Source: Naegleria gruberi
Taxonomy: Eukaryota
Assembly (NCBI GenBank): GCA_000004985.1
Contig: GG738986.1
DNA length: 7,824 nucleotides
Strand: one strand, 5' to 3'
Shown: positions 1 through 6,839 of the stretch, in pieces
Numbering within the stretch: the first letter of the stretch is position 1
Layout: each line of letters opens with the position of its first letter
The notes under the pieces: model-generated
The model's input: only the letters and a program-made list of their open reading frames with translations
The model's database searches: none
What the model was told of the DNA's origin: nothing
Program-made: the position numbers and the translations under genes

Positions 1-722
1 AAACAATCTATTGAGGAATTATAATGCCATTGATTGGGGGAATATTGTTGTTGCATGATCATTCTTCTTTGTATGGTGCTAATTGGACTGTTCATAATCC
101 AAGCACTTGCTGATGCTAATTGAGCTATCCCATATTTAGATATGACTCCTTTCACTCCCAAATCATTCCTGTAAGTATTCACTTCTCTCAATGAATCATT
201 TAATCCAAAATATAACGAACGATAAACCATTGCGCTCATTACTGAAATACCAGCCCCTTTAAACAACCCGAAATACTTTTCCATTCCACTACCCAATTGA
301 CCCACCCTAAATTTCATAATATTATCAAAAGGGAATCTCACAAATTCACAACAAGCACCTGCCAAACCACCACTCACAAACTGATTCACCACAAATCCAT
401 ATCCTCTCTGATCAACTGTTTGAAATGGTAAATAATTCTGCCTCTTTATCAAATCCTTGATGGCAAAATTAAAAACCACAGTATTTGGAAAGAACGATTT
501 GATCATGTTGAGTAAATTTCCTCTCCAAAACAAGAAACAAGCTTGCGGAAACTTGGGTTTTTCTGGGTGATGAAGGAGAATCATGAATCGATCAATTGGT
601 GCTGTTAATGTTCTTCCGATGGCTCGAGAAGCTCCTCCAATCAAGTAATCTGTAAGGAAGAGAAAATTTGTAGCCTTCCTGCTTGTGTTCACAAGTGTTT
701 CTTCTTGTGGTACACGAGACAT
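1..722 (-). CDS. Mitochondrial carrier family protein, ADP/ATP-translocase-like, divergent. N-terminal ~240 aa; the C-terminus runs off the left edge of the window.
   Basis: Manual minus-strand translation from ATG at 722..720 (Dictyostelium-style context aaaaaaaATG) is open to position 1. It reads MSRVPQEETLVNTSRKATNFLFLTDYLIGGASRAIGRTLTAPIDRFMILLHHPEKPKFPQACFLFWRGNLLNMIKSFFPNTVVFNFAIKDLIKRQNYLPFQTVDQRGYGFVVNQFVSGGLAGACCEFVRFPFDNIMKFRVGQLGSGMEKYFGLFKGAGISVMSAMVYRSLYFGLNDSLREVNTYRNDLGVKGVISKYGIAQLASASAWIMNSPISTIQRRMIMQQQYSPNQWHYNSSIDC... It matches ADP/ATP carrier hallmarks: FWRGNL.N.I..FP....NFA.KD, GL.+G.G.SV....VYR..YFG.YD, and ..P..T..RRMIMQ (ANT has RRRMMMQ). It shows the tripartite repeat architecture. 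The ORF track omits it because it has no in-window stop. Confidence 0.8.
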   Translation of the reverse strand, partial: MSRVPQEETLVNTSRKATNFLFLTDYLIGGASRAIGRTLTAPIDRFMILLHHPEKPKFPQACFLFWRGNLLNMIKSFFPNTVVFNFAIKDLIKRQNYLPFQTVDQRGYGFVVNQFVSGGLAGACCEFVRFPFDNIMKFRVGQLGSGMEKYFGLFKGAGISVMSAMVYRSLYFGLNDSLREVNTYRNDLGVKGVISKYGIAQLASASAWIMNSPISTIQRRMIMQQQYSPNQWHYNSSIDC

Positions 723-899
723 TTTTTTAAATAATGGTAATGAGATGGTCAACAATTTGAATTATTCCGTTTTGAATTTCTGTATACTGTCGATGAGTTT
801 CGAATATTGACCTTCCAATGAGTATCTTTGTCCAAACTCAAAAAAATCTTTTATTGCAATAATAACGAATCTATTCAGATTCTCTTTGAATTTGTAAAT

Positions 900-2231
900 T
901 TACATTGAGTCAATATAATAATATCTATAGGAGCGGCCGACAAAGTTAGAAATGGCTCCCTGGATCTCAGGCCATTTCTCTGCAATGTCTGGGTATTGTT
1001 GTACGTATCCATCTTCGAAGAATGTGGTTCCAGAATGGTGGAAGAAGAGTACATGGTGATGCTTTTCTGGTCTGAATTGAATATGAGTGAGTTTACACTC
1101 TCTCTGATCAAGAATATCAGATATTTTTGACAAGCAAAAGTATCTGGCACTATCCAGAGCAGGGCATTCATGAATATAGTGATTAAGGTCAGATTCTGTG
1201 TTACAATCATGACAGAAACTTTTACCCTCACCAAAATTGATGTGGGCATTTGAAGAGTTTCTCCAAATATAATATTTAGATTTAGGAGACAAATGGGATT
1301 TAAGGTAGCTGACGTTGATAGAGTTCCAATCTAGGTTAGGTATGTGATTGGGGTGACTCTCTATCTTGTCAAGCATTAGCCTTAAATGTTGTGAGGTAGT
1401 TAACCTCTTATAGTCAAAGATTATAATATCGTTCTTTGTGAGGATATATTGATTAAAGAGTAGTTTACGGATATCAAAGATTTTAGGTTTCAGAGTTGCA
1501 TTCTTTGCCAATAAATCAACTTTGATATTTTCCTTATCCTTATGAGCTTCAACTTTCTTGAATTCATATTCAAGTTTTCTATCCTTAATGGTTTTAAAGA
1601 AGGCTTTTTTTAGTGGTAGAAAGTTTCCCTTATATCGTTCTTTGAGAACTTCAATTGCCACATTACTATCAGTATGGATTTTAATCTTGGAGTCTCTTGG
1701 GATAACTTTAGCTGCTGTAATAATAGAGCATATTTCAGCTACATTATTTGAATATTGATCATTAATATGGAGGGATAAAGATCTAACTGGAGTGTTCATA
1801 TTGGAGCAATCATAGATATTAATCCCCATTCCAGTCTTTGATTCGAGTCTTGATCCGTCAGTGTGAATATCAAAATTATTTCCTGTTTTGATTTTTTTCA
1901 ACTTGAATTTCATTTCATTTTTCTTAAGTGTGAGGTTGTATTCTTTTAGTACTAGTAGCCATTTCGAATAAATATTGTCTTTCGTTTCCTCACAGTGCTT
2001 GATACCATGTTTGAAAGCTTTCTTGACGAGTAAATTGTTACTGTTAGCAATTAAGGTCATGGTTCTTAGGTTCATTCTTTCAGAAAATTCTACAATAGAT
2101 GGTAGTCCTAATCCACCTTTTTCTAATGGTAAGTGGAATAAGCTGGTTGGTGTTTTCCTGTCCATATATAGTTTTCTTCTAATTGCTCCTCTAATGGCTA
2201 TATCAATTTGAGATGAAAAGAAATATGGCAA
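900..2231 (-). mobile_element. 5'-truncated non-LTR (LINE, L1-like) retrotransposon ORF2 fragment with RT C-terminal thumb, RNase H domain and a C-terminal CCHC zinc knuckle. The 3' UTR presumably extends below 900; its boundary is undetermined.
   Basis: A 443-codon open frame has no internal stop. The RT thumb signature LPLEKGGLGLPS is at aa 34-45 (about 2097..2132). RNase H catalytic motifs are present: IHTDGS (D124), NNVAEICSIITAAK (E166), IHTDSNVAI (D188), VEAHKDKENIKVDLLAKNA (H230/D239), spanning about 1482..1889. The knuckle CHDCNTESDLNHYIHEC (CX2CX7HX4C) is at about 1164..1214. No upstream RT motifs (FADD etc.) are present. The reverse-complement frames upstream of 2231 are full of stops, so the element is 5'-truncated near 2213..2231. 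The track start is a TTG, not ATG. Confidence 0.85.
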
Positions 2232-2926
2232 CTAATACTAGACCTAACAAACGTAAATCTAATTACAATCTTAATCAAATAATTAATGTAATTTGCTACA
2301 AAGATGTTACTAACGAATTTGTTGAACAAATTACAGACCTACTCGGTGACTCTGTAATCATTAGAGTTAATCGATACTGTAATAATATTATTAATGTAAT
2401 TTGCCCTGATGAAACCAGTTATAAAGAGTGTTTCAATCAATTAGTGCAAGGAAGTCATGGAGGAAAATTCATATTAGAATGCTTTCCATCTCCAGCAATC
2501 TTTAATCCTAAACCTTTAGCACTTTCACATACTACTTCCAGTAAAACTACTCACCTTAAAATGCTAGAAAATATTATTAGCAAATATATATTGGNNNNNN
2601 NNNNNNNNNNNNNNNNNNNNNNNNNNNNNNNNNNNNNNNNNNNNATATATAATAATAATAATAATAATAATATCACAAATGCAAATAATAGAATTGATAA
2701 AATTGAAAAAAGTATTATAGATTTAACTCAACAGCTCATGCTCACTAATAACAATATTAATAATATAGTTGAAATACTTAAACAAGCAAATATTATTAGA
2801 CCTAATAATGATAACAAAATGTTAAATAATCCTAATAATAAGATGTTAGAGGATTCTAATAATAGTAATAATAATATGTTAGATGATGAATTAAGTTCAT
2901 CATCTAATCCATCTACTCTACCTTGA
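2213..2926 (+). CDS. Hypothetical Asn-rich protein, interrupted by a 50-N assembly gap. Segments are 2213..2594 and 2645..2926, and the frame relation across the gap is unknowable.
   Basis: Open frame with ATG at 2213 and an A-rich-context ATG at 2225 (aaaagaaatATGg). Codon usage fits the flanking genes. It has an internal IINVIC...IINVIC repeat and Asn homopolymers in the C-terminal half. No domain is recognised. The first 19 nt overlap the LINE fragment's N-terminal end. Confidence 0.4.
   Translation: MKRNMATNTRPNKRKSNYNLNQIINVICYKDVTNEFVEQITDLLGDSVIIRVNRYCNNIINVICPDETSYKECFNQLVQGSHGGKFILECFPSPAIFNPKPLALSHTTSSKTTHLKMLENIISKYILXXXXXXXXXXXXXXXXXIYNNNNNNNITNANNRIDKIEKSIIDLTQQLMLTNNNINNIVEILKQANIIRPNNDNKMLNNPNNKMLEDSNNSNNNMLDDELSSSSNPSTLP
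2595..2644. other. Assembly gap (50 N)
   Basis: Run of 50 n characters. Confidence 0.99.
2651..2671 (+). repeat. (AAT)7 microsatellite encoding an Asn run
   Basis: aataataataataataataat read directly. A similar (ATT)6 run at 3272..3289 encodes N6 on the minus strand. Confidence 0.9.
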
Positions 2927-3460
2927 GTAGAACCACAACAAGTTTAAGGCTAGCGTGCTATAACGTAAATGGTTTATATAAGCACGCAAGCCATTCATCT
3001 TATTAGTTGTTGATTTTTGTTTTGCTATTGTTTTCTTAATAGATGGCTGAGCTTTAATAGGAGCTAATCTTGTAATATCAGCATAACTGACAGTTCTATT
3101 TTTAGGATTACTATCGCATATTTGAACTGTCTCAGTCAAGAAATTTCCACCATTAATTAAATTTCTACTAGTTGGTAGATTTCTAACATTTACTGGATTT
3201 CTAGTAATAAATAGATTTTCATTTTCTGATGGTTGGGTATTGATCAGATTATTATTTACAGGTTTGATGGGATTATTATTATTATTATTCAATAACGGGT
3301 GACCATTACATATATTTACAAGTTGTTGAAGATAGTCACGGAGATTATTGTTTTCCTTTTGGTAGGTTTCAATTGCTCTCTCTAACACAAAAATCCTGTC
3401 AGCAAGCAAATTACTCCCTTCCGTATCCGGAGGATGGTCTTGTTGAGGTATTTTTTTCAT
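2918..3460 (-). CDS. Hypothetical protein with a leucine-zipper-like N-terminus and an Asn-rich region
   Basis: 180-aa ORF with ATG at 3460..3458 and stop at 2920..2918. The N-terminus LLADRIFVLERAIETYQKENNNLRDYLQQLVNI is heptad-like and is followed by an NNNNNN run. Codon usage is consistent with its neighbours. No homology is recognised. Its start lies only 19 bp from the divergent plus-strand ATG at 3480, which lowers confidence in one of the two models. Confidence 0.4.
   Translation of the reverse strand: MKKIPQQDHPPDTEGSNLLADRIFVLERAIETYQKENNNLRDYLQQLVNICNGHPLLNNNNNNPIKPVNNNLINTQPSENENLFITRNPVNVRNLPTSRNLINGGNFLTETVQICDSNPKNRTVSYADITRLAPIKAQPSIKKTIAKQKSTTNKMNGLRAYINHLRYSTLALNLLWFYSR
2948..2992. 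repeat. GC-rich imperfect inverted repeat (hairpin) with a 12-bp stem (11/12 paired) and a 21-nt loop
   Basis: Left arm GGCTAGCGTGCT (2948..2959) against right arm AGCACGCAAGCC (2981..2992), with one A:A mismatch and loop ataacgtaaatggtttatata. It stands out against roughly 70% AT surroundings. It lies at the overlapping 3' ends of the convergent ORFs, inside the C-terminal coding part of the minus ORF. Confidence 0.6.
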
Positions 3461-3479
3461 CGTCGATCAAAACAAAAAA

Positions 3480-4464
3480 ATGCCCTCTAAAAAGGTAAGA
3501 GAATTCCGTACCATGCAGTTACTCATTATTATAATGCCTCCTTTTCTCTCTAACTAACAACAACAACAAAATTTATAAATATTTTACATCATCATTATTT
3601 TCATCATCACAGAGTTCTAATAGTAAGAAAAAGAGTACATCTAAAAGTCAGTCCAAGAGCGAAAAATCTTCTGCTCCGCAACCACAGACTGTCAAACGAT
3701 CAACAACTCTTGAATCACAAATCACTACTCTAAATGATTTTTGGAGAACATTAAACTTTGGCACAAGGAAAAAACTTCTTCATGTTGATGCCTGTTCATT
3801 GCTAAAAAAGACAAAGGAACAATATCAAAGAGTGTGTTCGTGCACTGTTTGTGGTAGAAACAAATCTATTCTTGATAGAGAATTGGATAGACTTTTTACT
3901 GATTACTGCAAAGAACTTGCATATCAGAATCATGTTGATTGTGTATTCAATTTTTGTAGCACCTCCAACTCATCAGACAGATCTAAACTTCGCAACAACT
4001 CACGAAGTCCAAAAACAACTAAGAGAACCGTCATCAGCAATGGAACTGAAATGTTAACCACAACAACCGTAAAGAAAAGTGGTAACGTACGAGTTATTGA
4101 AAAAACTGTAAAATACTATTCTACAACAAAAGTAAATCCAAATGACAAAGCAAGTAGTCCTATTATTGAAGATATCACAGAGGATAATAGAGAAAAGGCT
4201 ATTTCTAAACAGAGTCAAACTAATGGTTCAAACACCGAACCAATAGATTCGAAAAACGGTTCACAACAAAATAATCAGCATTTACCACCACCTCCACCTA
4301 TTCAACCTGAAGATAGTCAAGAAGATAGTGTTCAGTATGACTTTGGAAAGAATCTTTCGATCAGTCGAGAAGGTATCATAACAATCTCCGAGGATTGGAT
4401 AAAGCAAAACGAATCCAACGATATTATCCATTTATTACAAAAATTTGAACATAATATCAAACAC
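3480..4464 (+). CDS. Partial gene with a Ser/Lys-rich N-terminus and a CSCxVCGR motif, possibly Nst1-family-like. Exon 1 is 3480..3494, exon 2 is 3613..4464, and the gene continues into the assembly gap.
   Basis: aaaaaaaATGCCCTCTAAAAAG followed by GTAAGA, then ...tcatcatcacAG|AGT. The exon 2 frame is open from 3613 with no in-frame ATG, GTG or TTG before 3799, so an upstream exon is required. Spliced N-terminus: MPSKK|SSNSKKKSTSKSQSKSEKSS...LNDFWRTLNFGTRKKLLHVDACSLLKKTKEQYQRVCSCTVCGRNKSILDRELDRLFTDYCKELAYQNH. The central motif resembles my recollection of the conserved N-terminal region of fungal stress-response protein Nst1 (CxCxVCGR...EEL..LY..YY.EL). That is recalled, not searched. Confidence 0.6.
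3495..3612 (+). other. Intron (118 bp, GTAAGA...CAG) following a 15-nt first exon
   Basis: Canonical donor gtaaga at 3495 and acceptor cag ending at 3612. Phase 0/0 joins exon 1 to the open exon 2 frame. Its AT content is lower than a typical D. discoideum intron (it contains ccgtaccatgcag and gcctcc). Confidence 0.6.
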
Positions 4465-6761
4465 NNNNNNNNNNNNNNNNNNNNNNNNNNNNNNNNNNNN
4501 NNNNNNNNNNNNNNNNNNNNNNNNNNNNNNNNNNNNNNNNNNNNNNNNNNNNNNNNNNNNNNNNNNNNNNNNNNNNNNNNNNNNNNNNNNNNNNNNNNNN
4601 NNNNNNNNNNNNNNNNNNNNNNNNNNNNNNNNNNNNNNNNNNNNNNNNNNNNNNNNNNNNNNNNNNNNNNNNNNNNNNNNNNNNNNNNNNNNNNNNNNNN
4701 NNNNNNNNNNNNNNNNNNNNNNNNNNNNNNNNNNNNNNNNNNNNNNNNNNNNNNNNNNNNNNNNNNNNNNNNNNNNNNNNNNNNNNNNNNNNNNNNNNNN
4801 NNNNNNNNNNNNNNNNNNNNNNNNNNNNNNNNNNNNNNNNNNNNNNNNNNNNNNNNNNNNNNNNNNNNNNNNNNNNNNNNNNNNNNNNNNNNNNNNNNNN
4901 NNNNNNNNNNNNNNNNNNNNNNNNNNNNNNNNNNNNNNNNNNNNNNNNNNNNNNNNNNNNNNNNNNNNNNNNNNNNNNNNNNNNNNNNNNNNNNNNNNNN
5001 NNNNNNNNNNNNNNNNNNNNNNNNNNNNNNNNNNNNNNNNNNNNNNNNNNNNNNNNNNNNNNNNNNNNNNNNNNNNNNNNNNNNNNNNNNNNNNNNNNNN
5101 NNNNNNNNNNNNNNNNNNNNNNNNNNNNNNNNNNNNNNNNNNNNNNNNNNNNNNNNNNNNNNNNNNNNNNNNNNNNNNNNNNNNNNNNNNNNNNNNNNNN
5201 NNNNNNNNNNNNNNNNNNNNNNNNNNNNNNNNNNNNNNNNNNNNNNNNNNNNNNNNNNNNNNNNNNNNNNNNNNNNNNNNNNNNNNNNNNNNNNNNNNNN
5301 NNNNNNNNNNNNNNNNNNNNNNNNNNNNNNNNNNNNNNNNNNNNNNNNNNNNNNNNNNNNNNNNNNNNNNNNNNNNNNNNNNNNNNNNNNNNNNNNNNNN
5401 NNNNNNNNNNNNNNNNNNNNNNNNNNNNNNNNNNNNNNNNNNNNNNNNNNNNNNNNNNNNNNNNNNNNNNNNNNNNNNNNNNNNNNNNNNNNNNNNNNNN
5501 NNNNNNNNNNNNNNNNNNNNNNNNNNNNNNNNNNNNNNNNNNNNNNNNNNNNNNNNNNNNNNNNNNNNNNNNNNNNNNNNNNNNNNNNNNNNNNNNNNNN
5601 NNNNNNNNNNNNNNNNNNNNNNNNNNNNNNNNNNNNNNNNNNNNNNNNNNNNNNNNNNNNNNNNNNNNNNNNNNNNNNNNNNNNNNNNNNNNNNNNNNNN
5701 NNNNNNNNNNNNNNNNNNNNNNNNNNNNNNNNNNNNNNNNNNNNNNNNNNNNNNNNNNNNNNNNNNNNNNNNNNNNNNNNNNNNNNNNNNNNNNNNNNNN
5801 NNNNNNNNNNNNNNNNNNNNNNNNNNNNNNNNNNNNNNNNNNNNNNNNNNNNNNNNNNNNNNNNNNNNNNNNNNNNNNNNNNNNNNNNNNNNNNNNNNNN
5901 NNNNNNNNNNNNNNNNNNNNNNNNNNNNNNNNNNNNNNNNNNNNNNNNNNNNNNNNNNNNNNNNNNNNNNNNNNNNNNNNNNNNNNNNNNNNNNNNNNNN
6001 NNNNNNNNNNNNNNNNNNNNNNNNNNNNNNNNNNNNNNNNNNNNNNNNNNNNNNNNNNNNNNNNNNNNNNNNNNNNNNNNNNNNNNNNNNNNNNNNNNNN
6101 NNNNNNNNNNNNNNNNNNNNNNNNNNNNNNNNNNNNNNNNNNNNNNNNNNNNNNNNNNNNNNNNNNNNNNNNNNNNNNNNNNNNNNNNNNNNNNNNNNNN
6201 NNNNNNNNNNNNNNNNNNNNNNNNNNNNNNNNNNNNNNNNNNNNNNNNNNNNNNNNNNNNNNNNNNNNNNNNNNNNNNNNNNNNNNNNNNNNNNNNNNNN
6301 NNNNNNNNNNNNNNNNNNNNNNNNNNNNNNNNNNNNNNNNNNNNNNNNNNNNNNNNNNNNNNNNNNNNNNNNNNNNNNNNNNNNNNNNNNNNNNNNNNNN
6401 NNNNNNNNNNNNNNNNNNNNNNNNNNNNNNNNNNNNNNNNNNNNNNNNNNNNNNNNNNNNNNNNNNNNNNNNNNNNNNNNNNNNNNNNNNNNNNNNNNNN
6501 NNNNNNNNNNNNNNNNNNNNNNNNNNNNNNNNNNNNNNNNNNNNNNNNNNNNNNNNNNNNNNNNNNNNNNNNNNNNNNNNNNNNNNNNNNNNNNNNNNNN
6601 NNNNNNNNNNNNNNNNNNNNNNNNNNNNNNNNNNNNNNNNNNNNNNNNNNNNNNNNNNNNNNNNNNNNNNNNNNNNNNNNNNNNNNNNNNNNNNNNNNNN
6701 NNNNNNNNNNNNNNNNNNNNNNNNNNNNNNNNNNNNNNNNNNNNNNNNNNNNNNNNNNNNN
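4465..6761. other. Assembly gap (2297 N)
   Basis: Continuous n run. The long ORFs in the track spanning this interval are poly-X artefacts. Confidence 0.99.
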
Positions 6762-6839
6762 CGGAAAGAAGCATCAAATTTGTAAGTCATCATTTGTTGA
6801 AATGGTATTAATCCCATGTTTTAAAAAAGACAAATTGGA

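Noticed and set aside
722-728. T7 run (A7 on the minus strand) considered as the LINE poly(A) tail
   Set aside because: It directly precedes the carrier ATG, where an A-rich start context is the norm in this genome style. It cannot be attributed to the retroelement. The upstream minus-strand AATAAA (850..855) is followed by a T-run, not an A-run.
797-806. B-box-like gtttcgaata near the LINE 3' region
   Set aside because: It is only a partial match, with no A box and no cloverleaf-compatible context. Treated as chance.
875-1249. 124-aa minus-strand ORF overlapping the C-terminal end of the LINE ORF2 in another frame
   Set aside because: It lies fully inside the much longer ORF2 frame that carries recognisable RNase H and CCHC motifs. 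Its product is low-complexity with no motif, so it is a chance alternative-frame ORF.
1558-2211. Plus-strand ORFs 1558..1758 (66 aa) and 1975..2211 (78 aa) antisense to the LINE ORF2
   Set aside because: They are short, hydrophobic or low-complexity, and antisense to a well-supported coding frame. There is no evidence they are coding.
2948-2992. Hairpin considered as a small ncRNA gene, for example a Dictyostelium Class I RNA
   Set aside because: It lacks the conserved Class I motif (CCTTACAGCAA as recalled) and any upstream promoter-like element. It is kept only as a structural observation.
3169-3179. tRNA A-box-like string tagttggtaga, examined as a possible tRNA gene that could explain LINE targeting
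   Set aside because: It has no flanking acceptor-stem complementarity, no B box (GGTTCGANTCC) at the right spacing, and it lies inside the minus-strand ORF. It is not a tRNA.
3851-4057. 68-aa plus-strand ORF in an alternative frame inside the Nst1-like exon
   Set aside because: It overlaps the clearly coding frame that contains the CSCxVCGR motif, so it is a chance ORF.
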